Below are positions 1-8,600 of a DNA stretch of 17,819 nt, piece after piece. The first letter of the stretch is position 1. Each line of letters starts with the position of its first letter. Location: NCBI GenBank assembly GCA_964551725.1, contig CAZKED010000025.1, positions 1 through 17,819 on the forward strand, in the 5' to 3' direction. The stretch is from an uncultured archaeon (lineage in GTDB: Archaea; Iainarchaeota; Iainarchaeia; Iainarchaeales; DTGL01). The notes beneath the pieces were generated by a model. The model was not told the DNA's origin. It made no database searches and saw only the letters and a list, made by a program, of their open reading frames with translations. Position numbers and translations under genes: made by a program.

Positions 1-2
1 AA

Positions 3-392
3 AACTCTTTTGATTGTGTTCTTGCCTCTGACCTAATAGAACATTTTACTAAAAAAGAAGGCGTTGAGTTATTGGAAGCAATGGAAAAGATTGCAAATAA
101 AAAAGTGATAGTATTTACCCCGAACGGATTTTTACCCCAAGAGGAGTATGATAACAATCCTTGGCAAGTGCATAAGTCTGGGTGGACGGTTAAAGAGATG
201 AAAAAGAGAGGATATGAAGTAATTGGCGTAAATGGCTGGAAACCATTGCGCGGGGAATGTGCTTCTATTAAATTCCGACCAAAAACTTTCTGGAAGGTGA
301 TATCCGATATTACCGAACTTATTGTAAGAAATAATCCGGAAAAGGCTTTTCAAATACTGTGCATAAAATCAAAGAGGCACTCCCAAAAATGA
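3..392 (+). CDS. Class I SAM-dependent methyltransferase, 5' truncated by the window edge
   Basis: Frame is open from base 3: NSFDCVLASDLIEHFTKKEGVELLEAMEKIANKKVIVFTPNG, matching the FD-x-V...D-x-IEH region of methyltransferases found in glycosylation loci; more AT-rich than the downstream genes. Confidence 0.8.
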   Translation, partial: NSFDCVLASDLIEHFTKKEGVELLEAMEKIANKKVIVFTPNGFLPQEEYDNNPWQVHKSGWTVKEMKKRGYEVIGVNGWKPLRGECASIKFRPKTFWKVISDITELIVRNNPEKAFQILCIKSKRHSQK

Positions 393-398
393 AATCAG

Positions 399-450
399 GA
401 TGAACCCAGCTGCTTTTGCCAGGCTGGTTTTTTACTTCATCTGCTTTTTT
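399..450 (+). terminator. Putative terminator: stem-loop followed by T tracts
   Basis: ccagct (406-411) pairs with ggctgg (422-427), then T6 (428-433); outer gatgaa (399-404) pairs with ttcatc (436-441), then a second T tract; lies just after the stop at 392. Confidence 0.45.
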
Positions 451-486
451 CAAGTTCGCGCGATTGCTCCCTTTGGCCAGGAATTT

Positions 487-501
487 CAAAAGCCTTTAAA
501 A
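487..501 (+). promoter_or_regulatory. Putative archaeal BRE/TATA promoter for the GT2 operon
   Basis: caaaagcc followed by tttaaaa (495-501), about 30 nt upstream of ATG 531. Confidence 0.45.
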
Positions 502-530
502 GTGTATTGTGTTTTTTTTTGTGAGATTCC

Positions 531-1271
531 ATGGCAGAGGACAGGAGAGCAAAACTGAAAAGCGTGAGCGTTTTTTTCCCCGCATACAACGACGAGGGCA
601 CCATTGGAAAAATGGTGGAAAAGGCAATTAAAACGCTGCGCGGAATAACCGACGACTTTGAAGTCATTGTGGTCAATGACGCGAGCCCCGACAAAAGCGG
701 GGAAATCGCTGATTCGCTGGCAAAAAAATACCCCTTTGTTAAAGTGGTTCACCACAAAACAAACAGGGGCTACGGCGGCGCCCTGAAGTCCGGTTTCAGG
801 CATTCGACAAAGAAATGGGTTTTTTACACGGACGGGGATGCCCAGTACGATGTTTCCGAGCTGGCGCTCTTGGCAGAGCATGCAGGCAAAGCCGACGTAA
901 TAAACGGCTACAAAATAAAGCGCTCGGACTCCCCTTACCGCGCTGTTTTAGGCGGCATGTACAACTGGTTTTCCCGCAGGCTTTTCCACATTAAAATACG
1001 CGATATAAACTGCGATTTCCGCCTGATGAAGAGGAAAATTTTCCGCACCGTGAAACTCGAATCGGATTCAGGCGTGATATGCGTTGAAATGATTAAGAAA
1101 ATACAGGACGCGGGCTTCACTTTTTATGAAGTGCCGGTTCGCCATTTTCCCAGGCAAAGCGGCAAGAGCCAGTTTTTTAAAATACATCGAATATTAAAGG
1201 TATTCTATGGTCTCGCAAGGCAGTGGCTCAGAATCGTTGTATTGCCCGCGCTTTCAGGAAAAAGAAAGTGA
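531..1271 (+). CDS. GT2 glycosyltransferase, DPM1/ArnC-like polyprenol-phosphate glycosyltransferase
   Basis: SVFFPAYNDE, IVVNDASPD, NRGYGGAL, YTDGDAQY (DxD) and RDINCDFRL motifs of the DPM/ArnC subfamily. Confidence 0.92.
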   Translation: MAEDRRAKLKSVSVFFPAYNDEGTIGKMVEKAIKTLRGITDDFEVIVVNDASPDKSGEIADSLAKKYPFVKVVHHKTNRGYGGALKSGFRHSTKKWVFYTDGDAQYDVSELALLAEHAGKADVINGYKIKRSDSPYRAVLGGMYNWFSRRLFHIKIRDINCDFRLMKRKIFRTVKLESDSGVICVEMIKKIQDAGFTFYEVPVRHFPRQSGKSQFFKIHRILKVFYGLARQWLRIVVLPALSGKRK

Positions 1272-2298
1272 AAAATTCCTCAACGGATTCTCGGAAAAGA
1301 GCGTGCTCATCACCGGCGGATTGGGCTTCATCGGATCGAACCTCGCGCACGCGCTTGCTGCAGCGGAAGCAAGGGTTTCAATTGCTGATTCGCTCATTCC
1401 CTTGTACGGCGGCAACAAATTCAACATACATGGAATAGAGGGCAACGTGCAGGTCAAAATCTGCGACCTGCGCGAGGCGGACAAAATAAGGCAGCTCGTT
1501 AAAGGGCAGGACTTTATTTTCAATTTGGCAGGGCAGGTAAGCCACATTGATTCAATGAGGGATCCCTTCACTGACCTTGAAATAAACTGCAGGAGCCAGC
1601 TCACTTTGCTCGAGGCATGCAGGAACAGCAATCCCGGGGTAAAGGTTTTGTACGCGGGAACTCGCAATCAGTATGGCAAAGCGGACTATCTGCCCGTAGA
1701 CGAAAAGCATTTAACGCATCCCACTGACGTGAACGGCGTGGACAAGCTTGCCGGCGAAATGTACCATCTCATTTACAAAGACAATTACAATATAAGGACA
1801 TGCTCGCTGCGAATGACAAACACTTACGGGCCGAGGCATGTGATGAAGACGCCGAGGCAGGGCTTTTTGGCATGGTTCATAAGGCAGGCGATAGACAACG
1901 AAACAATAAAGGTTTTCGGCGACGGCAAGCAACAGAGAGACTTCAATTACGTTGACGACGTTGTCTCCGCTCTCCTTCTCGCAGCGCTGAGCGAAAAATC
2001 GGAGGGGAAAATTTACAACCTTGGAACAGGAAAGCCAGTCAGTGTCGGGGAGGCGGCGCAGGCGGTGGTTGAAGTTGCGGGTAGCGGAAAAATTGATTAC
2101 GTTCCCTTTCCGGAGGACAAGAAAAAAATAGAAATCGGAAACTATTACGCGGATTACTCTAGGGCAAAAAAAGACCTCGGCTGGATTCCGCGCACCGAAT
2201 TCCGCGAAGGACTAAGGAAGACAATAGAGTATTATAAAAAATTCAAAAAACATTACTGGCAGGATGGCATCCCGAATGATTCCTTTTGTGGACCTTAA
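1207..2298 (+). CDS. NAD-dependent epimerase/dehydratase (extended SDR); start codon uncertain
   Basis: VLITGGLGFIGS Rossmann motif, FNLAG, TNTYGPR, QRDFNYVDD; NGVDK stands where YxxxK is expected. Confidence 0.9.
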   Translation: MVSQGSGSESLYCPRFQEKESEKFLNGFSEKSVLITGGLGFIGSNLAHALAAAEARVSIADSLIPLYGGNKFNIHGIEGNVQVKICDLREADKIRQLVKGQDFIFNLAGQVSHIDSMRDPFTDLEINCRSQLTLLEACRNSNPGVKVLYAGTRNQYGKADYLPVDEKHLTHPTDVNGVDKLAGEMYHLIYKDNYNIRTCSLRMTNTYGPRHVMKTPRQGFLAWFIRQAIDNETIKVFGDGKQQRDFNYVDDVVSALLLAALSEKSEGKIYNLGTGKPVSVGEAAQAVVEVAGSGKIDYVPFPEDKKKIEIGNYYADYSRAKKDLGWIPRTEFREGLRKTIEYYKKFKKHYWQDGIPNDSFCGP

Positions 2299-3370
2299 AG
2301 CGCAGTACGATTCAATAAAGCCCGAAATGGACAAAGCAGTGCAGCGCGTGCTTTCCTCGGGCTGGTATTTGCTCGGAGAGGAAACAAGCGCGTTCGAGAA
2401 AGAATTCGCCTCTTACCTGGGGACAAGGCATTGCGCTGCCTGCGGCAACGGAACCCAGGCGATTGAAATACTGCTCAAAGCGCACGGCATTCGCCCCGGA
2501 GACGAGGTTATTACGGTCTCGCATACCGCCTTTCCCACTGTACTCGGCATCTCGAATGCCAGCGCAAGACCGGTGTTCGCGGAAATAGGGGAGAATTATT
2601 TGATTAATCCTGCAAGGATTGAGGAAAAAATCTCGGAAAAAACAAAAGCCATTGTTCCCGTGCATTTGTACGGACAATGCTGCGACATGAAACCAATAAT
2701 GGAAATTGCAGAAAAGCATTCTCTCACAGTAATAGAGGACGCCTGCCAGGCGCACGGCGCTGAATTCCGCGGGAAAAAAGCCGGCGTTCTCGGACATTCC
2801 GCCGCATTCTCCTTTTATCCCACGAAAAACCTGGGCGCCTACGGCGACGCCGGCTTGATGGTTTCAAGGGATTCAGCGGTAATTGAGAAGGCAAGGATGT
2901 TGCTGAACATCGGGCGGAAGTCCCGCTGCGAGCACGAGTGCGTGGGACTGAATGCAAGGATAAGCGAACTGCAGTCCGCAGTCCTGCGGGTGAAACTGAA
3001 GCGCCTGGATAAATGGGTTGAAAAGAGGAGGAATCTTGCTGCAATTTATGGAAAAGAAATTACTGCTCGAGGAATCCGAAATCCCATCCTAGAGAAATAC
3101 GGAAAGCACGCATTCTACCTTTACGTTGTGAGAGCGCAGGAGCGGGAAAAACTGCAGGAGTTCCTCAAAGAGGAGGGCATTTCCACGCTGATTCACTATC
3201 CAATTCCGGTGCATTTGCAGAAGGCGTATTCCTTCCTCGGTCCCGGCAGGGGCTCACTGCCGCTCACGGAAAAAATCGCATCCGAGATTGTCTCCATTCC
3301 CCTTTACCCCGAACTGGGCAAAAGCCAGGTGAAAGAAGTGGCGGAAAAAATAAACTCTTTTTACAGGTGA
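2264..3370 (+). CDS. DegT/DnrJ/EryC1/StrS PLP-dependent sugar aminotransferase (alternative start 2276)
   Basis: MIPFVDL N-terminus, PVHLYGQ, IEDACQAHG, SFYPTKNLGAYGD with the PLP lysine, IHYPIPVH. Confidence 0.95.
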   Translation: MASRMIPFVDLKAQYDSIKPEMDKAVQRVLSSGWYLLGEETSAFEKEFASYLGTRHCAACGNGTQAIEILLKAHGIRPGDEVITVSHTAFPTVLGISNASARPVFAEIGENYLINPARIEEKISEKTKAIVPVHLYGQCCDMKPIMEIAEKHSLTVIEDACQAHGAEFRGKKAGVLGHSAAFSFYPTKNLGAYGDAGLMVSRDSAVIEKARMLLNIGRKSRCEHECVGLNARISELQSAVLRVKLKRLDKWVEKRRNLAAIYGKEITARGIRNPILEKYGKHAFYLYVVRAQEREKLQEFLKEEGISTLIHYPIPVHLQKAYSFLGPGRGSLPLTEKIASEIVSIPLYPELGKSQVKEVAEKINSFYR

Positions 3371-3471
3371 ATGCTCCCCCAGGGCATCGGGGCATGGGCC
3401 ACTGCACGCCTGTCGCAACGGGATTAACGAAGAGGATTGCAAGGAATTGCACCGCGCTTCTTTTTCCCGAT

Positions 3472-4443
3472 TCACGGTTTCGCTTCATTTCCTACGAGTT
3501 CCCGCAGCCCGGCTTTTTCCGCGGAAAGCATGAGAAGTCCGGCGAGTGCGATTATTACAGTGCTGAGCAGAATGAGGAGGGAGAATGCCACGGCGGATTC
3601 CGCGCTCGCAGAATAAACGGAGAAAAGGACGATGAGTGCCGCGTCCCTCGTGCCAATGCCGGAAACGCTCACCGGAATGAGGGAAACGAGTTCAATGAGC
3701 ACCGTTGAAAGGAGAATGAAAAGGAAGGGAAACCCCAAACCCAGGGAGAGCGCGAAGAAGTGGTAGGATGCCGCGGTGAAAAACCAGGATGCGATGGCTA
3801 TTGCGAATGCTGCGGCGAGCAGGCTTCTGTCCTTCAGCAGCGAGTAAAACGAGGAAAGAAAGGAGCCGAAGCTTTTTCTCAGTCTTTCCCTGAATCTTTC
3901 AGGCACAAGCAGGGAATAAAAGGGCTTGAGGATTTTTTTAAGGAGTTCTTTGTGTAGCATTATGTAAACTCCCGCAATCACTCCTGCGGCGAGAAGCAGG
4001 AGCAGGGGCAGTGAAATGAGCGAGATGCCGTAGGAGTAGAAGAAGAATGCCGCGGAAAGAATTCCAAGCATGACAAGAACCAAAAAATCAACAATCCTGT
4101 CCAGGAGAACGGAGGAAAAGGACTCGCTGAGCGAGTGCACTTTTTTGTTAATGAACAATGCCTTTGAAAAATCGCCGAGCTTTCCCGGCGTGAACGTGCC
4201 CAAGCCGATTCCGATGAAGTAGAGCCGTGCAATTCTCGCAAAAGCGAAAGAATGGCTCTGCTTTCTGAGCATCAGATGCCATTTCACAGAACGCACTATA
4301 ACGCTCAGGAATCCGAGCAGCGTGCCAATGCCAAAAAGCGCCAGGTCGGTTTTGAGCAGCGCTTCAACCAGTGCGGAGAGGTCGATTGAAAAGAGAACGA
4401 TTGCAATAATCAAAAGACCTATTATGAGCAGTTTTCCTTTCAT
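3472..4443 (-). CDS. Lysylphosphatidylglycerol-synthase TM / UPF0104 flippase-like membrane protein
   Basis: Many hydrophobic helices; RSVKWHLML, FTPGKLGDFSK, SVLLDRIVD and LIPVSVSGIGTRDA are family motifs. Confidence 0.88.
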   Translation of the reverse strand: MKGKLLIIGLLIIAIVLFSIDLSALVEALLKTDLALFGIGTLLGFLSVIVRSVKWHLMLRKQSHSFAFARIARLYFIGIGLGTFTPGKLGDFSKALFINKKVHSLSESFSSVLLDRIVDFLVLVMLGILSAAFFFYSYGISLISLPLLLLLAAGVIAGVYIMLHKELLKKILKPFYSLLVPERFRERLRKSFGSFLSSFYSLLKDRSLLAAAFAIAIASWFFTAASYHFFALSLGLGFPFLFILLSTVLIELVSLIPVSVSGIGTRDAALIVLFSVYSASAESAVAFSLLILLSTVIIALAGLLMLSAEKAGLRELVGNEAKP

Positions 4444-4464
4444 TAGTGAAAATTAAAAGTAAAA

Positions 4465-4480
4465 GGAATTTAACCCTTTT
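4465..4480 (-). promoter_or_regulatory. Putative BRE/TATA promoter for the flippase-like gene (probably leaderless)
   Basis: Minus strand reads AAAAGGG-TTAAAT, centred about 27 nt upstream of the ATG at 4443. Confidence 0.4.
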
Positions 4481-4501
4481 TATTGCCCTTTTTCCGCTCC
4501 T

Positions 4502-4516
4502 GAAAGGATTTTTATT
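4502..4516 (+). promoter_or_regulatory. Putative BRE/TATA promoter for the second epimerase
   Basis: gaaagga-tttttatt about 45 nt upstream of ATG 4558 in a divergent intergenic region. Confidence 0.35.
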
Positions 4517-4557
4517 GATTACGCAGTCCATTTCCCTAAAACTCGCTGTGAGAAAAA

Positions 4558-5502
4558 ATGATTCTTGTGACAGGTGCTGCTGGATTCATCGGCTCGCATT
4601 TTACGGAATTTTTGCTTGACAAGGGGAAAAGCGTTGTTGGAATTGACAACTTCAACGATTATTATAACCCCAAATTCAAAGAGGAAAACATCGCGGGATT
4701 CGCGGATGACAAGGGATTCACCCTCTACAGGGAGGACATCCGCAGCAGAGAAGCTCTTAAAAAAATTTTTTCAGAGAACGAAATAGAGAGAGTGGTGCAC
4801 ATTGCTGCAAGGGCAGGAGTGCGCGCTTCTCTTGAAGACCCGCAGCTCTACATCGACGTGAACGTTAACGGCACGACAAACCTGCTCGAATTCGCGAGGA
4901 AGAATTCTGTCGAACAGTTCGTGTTCGCGTCATCTTCGAGCGTTTACGGCACTAACAAAACGCCTTGGAGCGAGGAGCAAAAGATTGAGAGCGTTGTTTC
5001 CCCGTATGCAGTGACAAAGGTAGCGGGAGAAGCAATGTGCCGTGCGTACAGTTCGCTTTATGGTCTGCCGACAACCTGCCTGCGCTTTTTCACTGTTTAT
5101 GGTCCTCGCGGGAGACCTGACATGGCGCCTTACAAGTTCACCGACCTGATTGCAAGGGGCAAGCCCATTGAAAGGTATGGCAGTGGAAAAAGCAAGAGGG
5201 ATTACACTTACATCCAGGACATCGTGCAGGGCATTGGCAGAGCCGTGGAAAAAAAGTTCGGGTTTGAAATAATCAACCTGGGAAACAGCAAGCCGGTTGA
5301 ACTGAACTATTTCATTTCGCTGATTGAGGAAAACCTCGGAAAAAAGGCGGTAATCCGCGAAAAGCCCATGCCTAAAGCGGACGTGCCTGTAACTTATGCG
5401 GACATTTCGAAGGCGAAAAAACTGCTCGGATGGAAGCCGAGCACCAGCGTTGAGGACGGAATGCGGGCATTCATCAAATGGTTCAGGGAAAACAGACTCT
5501 GA
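4558..5502 (+). CDS. NAD-dependent epimerase, UDP-glucuronate 4-epimerase-like
   Basis: ILVTGAAGFIG, AARAGVR, ASSSSVYG, catalytic YAVTK, LRFFTVYGPRGRPDMA, RDYTYI. Confidence 0.92.
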   Translation: MILVTGAAGFIGSHFTEFLLDKGKSVVGIDNFNDYYNPKFKEENIAGFADDKGFTLYREDIRSREALKKIFSENEIERVVHIAARAGVRASLEDPQLYIDVNVNGTTNLLEFARKNSVEQFVFASSSSVYGTNKTPWSEEQKIESVVSPYAVTKVAGEAMCRAYSSLYGLPTTCLRFFTVYGPRGRPDMAPYKFTDLIARGKPIERYGSGKSKRDYTYIQDIVQGIGRAVEKKFGFEIINLGNSKPVELNYFISLIEENLGKKAVIREKPMPKADVPVTYADISKAKKLLGWKPSTSVEDGMRAFIKWFRENRL

Positions 5503-5521
5503 AGCCAGTGAAAGCGTGACA

Positions 5522-5598
5522 GAAAAAAATTTATAGGACATCCTCCTAATAATAAAAGAAAAAGAATAGTTGGCTGTACGGCTGGCCAAAGGGGGGGT
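5522..5598 (+). promoter_or_regulatory. Putative promoter and ribosome-binding site for the giant surface protein
   Basis: gaaaaaaa-tttata (5522-5535) BRE/TATA-like element; G-rich gggggggt (5591-5598) just before ATG 5602. Confidence 0.4.
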
Positions 5599-5601
5599 TT
5601 A

Positions 5602-8600
5602 ATGGTCACTGTCAAGCGGTATAGGATGTTGTTAATTCTGGCTGTTTTTTTTGCTTTTTTTTCGGCGGGCGCGTCCGCGACCTATATTACTTTGCAGGCG
5701 GACGGAGCGCCTTTCACTACAAACGAAACAATAACTTTTTACGGGACGATGGATTCCAACAATGTTGATTTGAACGTTGTTGTGAGGAATTCCGCCGGAA
5801 CGGTAACGGACGAAAATTACCTTTCGGACAGGAACGGCTTTTATTCCATTGCGCATTCCTATGCGACAGCGGGAGACTATAACATTGTTGTCAGGGATTT
5901 AAACAATGGCGTGCAGTCGTCAATGCCCTTCCGTGTATCCAACATTGCTTCCGTTTCAATAAATTATGACAATCTCTCCCTGAAACCCCCGTTTGACGCG
6001 AGTTCCCTTGCCGTTGTGCCTGTTACTTTTACAGCATACAATGCAGCGGGAAACGCCATTGCGGGCGAGGACTTAAACGTAAGGATAGTGAATTCGAGCG
6101 GCGTGCAGCAGGATTTCAATTCCGGCACGACAAACGCTGACGGAAACGCTCAATTGCGCTTTAACTTGAGCGGTTACAGCGCCGGAACCTATTACTTTTC
6201 GGTGAACAACGGTCTTGCATCTTTTTCTTTTTCCATTTATTCTTTCCGGATGTATTTGTCCTTGGCGAATCCGGACACCAACAACGCCCAGAGCGTGTTC
6301 AAGCCAGGCACGAACGGCAGGATTACGGTGGACGTAATGAATTATGCCGGCACGCAGTACATCAGCACTGCAACTGTCGCAGGCGCGGTGTACAATTCGA
6401 GTAATGTCGCGCAGTCGGCTTTGAGTTTTTCCAGTTCGGGGGGAAGCTATTACGCGCTGTTCACTGCCCCCGCTACGATAGGCGATTATTACCTGGACAT
6501 CAATGTAACTTATGGGGGCACAACCCAATCGCAGAAAATTTCATTTAAAGTGCAGAACTATTCAATGGAGGTCGTTTCAAGCAAGTTCGAGGGCGGGGGA
6601 ATGGGCGAAAAGGAAAAAATGCCGAGCGTTTTCCCAACTGCTTCAAATGCAACACTGCAATTGTATTTTTCCGAAATAAACGCTTCCGAGCTGAGCGGAA
6701 CTTCTCTGGACTACATTTGCAACAACGGCAGCGCCCAGGATCACAATTTTTTGCTTTACTACAAGAAAATGGGCGCCATGGACTGGAACAGCGTTTTGGG
6801 GGAAGGAGACATCCACGTTGCGGACTCTGACACTTACTGCTCCCTTTCCTTCAGGACTCCTGCAAACGCTTCCACTTATTTCATCAAGGTTGTGGGAAAG
6901 GACTTAAACGTTGAGGGGAACACCCTCACGCTCAGTGCCAAGACAATGGTCACGGTGCAGGATTACTTGGTTTTCTTGGAGCCCGTGGACCCGAGTTCTT
7001 GCGATACAAGTGCAGCGGGAAACGTTGCTGACAGCTGCGGCTTCAAGTTCCAGTTCACTGTCGGAGAAAAAATTGGCTTGAGACCCGACATAATCGACAT
7101 GAAGTCGGGCACGAGCGTAAACCAGTTGAGTTCAGTGCACAGCGCCGTTGTTTTTAAAGGCGGGAGTGAAACAACACTGAGTTCCCCGACTGACGTGAAC
7201 TTCCGCGCGGACCTGAACATACTGGCAATAAATGCCTCGAGTACAGTGCAGAACCTGAGCGGCGGCTTTTATCCAGGCGGCTTCGTGGTTGACGTGAACT
7301 CGAACGGCGTGCTGGCGCAGCAGAACGTTACAGCGTTCGGTTTTTTCTATTTAAGGGTGTTGAACGTTACAACCGAACTCGTGGACGTGAACGGAAATTC
7401 AATTGCATCGCACGGTCCTCCAACCTATTCAAGCGACAAGAACACCTACATAAAGCTTACGGTGAAGGATTCTGACGGAAGCACCGCAATACGCGGCGCG
7501 GTTGTAACGGTTTCAAGGATTATGAACTTCGAGGAAAGGGAAGTCATAGACGTTTCGGGCGTTGACTCGAATGCAACGAATTCCAGCGGCATTGTGACCA
7601 TTGCGCTTGACTACCAGGCGCTGGGAATGGGTTCCGGGGAGTTTGAAATTGAACTGGACATTAATGCGGCAACGCTCGGAAAAACCGATACTGTGATGAC
7701 CCATTTTGAGAGAAGGAATTTCTTCCTCAAAGCAACTCCCATAAACAAGAACAACTGCGGTCCGCTGCCAATGATTGCCGGCGATATGAATTCAACTTTT
7801 TTGCTTGAGGCAAAGAACGCATGGAACTGGCAGGTGATAAACGATCTGAATGTAACGGATGTAAAGGTTTTCTACGAGGGCAGTCCCTCGAAGCCGTTGT
7901 CAATGCCGGTGGAAAAAACAGTGGCTTCCTTCAAAACCGGAACGATGCAGTGCGGGGGCGAGGACTACAATTACGTCGACGTAAACCACAATGGCACATG
8001 GGAGCAGGGCTTTTACAAATTCGTAATATACGCTAACAGCGCTTTAAAGGGGAACGAGACTGTTAAAGCGTTCATAATGGTGCAGCCCTTCTTTATTGTT
8101 GCAGTGCCCGCTGTGGAGGGAGACCTTGGAATGCTCGCCGAGCCCGGCGCCCAGTGGGATTTCAACATAATGAGCGCTGTTGACGTGAATTTGAGCGCGA
8201 AATTGATGGACATGGAGAGCTGGAGCTTGTTTGCCTCTGACCTAAACATGCACTTGAAGGAAACAGGGGACTGGATTTCAGGAACGGGAAGCAATTATGC
8301 CTATGACGACGTGAACGCCGGAACTTCCGCGTATACAACGATTGACGTCAACCTGCCCGCAAACCTTTCAATCGCGAAGGAAATGGACATTGACGGATAC
8401 ATACTGCAGATTGACGCAAATTATGGCACAACCGTTGCAACCATTGAACTCTTTATTGTCCCCTTGAAATGGCAGGTTGTTGTCTCAAAGCAGCCCGAGG
8501 GAATGTGGGCTTCAGGCGACACAGGGCCGTTCTTTTTCTGGATTACAGGCGACGACCACAGGAAAATGTACGTGGACGACAACGTTATAGACAACTGCCT

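Noticed and set aside
512-520. T9 tract in the GT2 promoter region as a phase-variation switch
   Set aside because: Homopolymers of 6-9 nt are common across the window; no evidence of length variation.
3371-3471. GC-rich convergent intergenic region as a possible ncRNA or tRNA
   Set aside because: Only short weak hairpins; no cloverleaf or recognisable RNA motif.
3367-3708. 113-aa plus-strand ORF after DegT
   Set aside because: Mostly antisense to the well-supported flippase-like gene, with no recognisable motif.
4930-5589. 219-aa minus-strand ORF
   Set aside because: Antisense shadow of the conserved epimerase.
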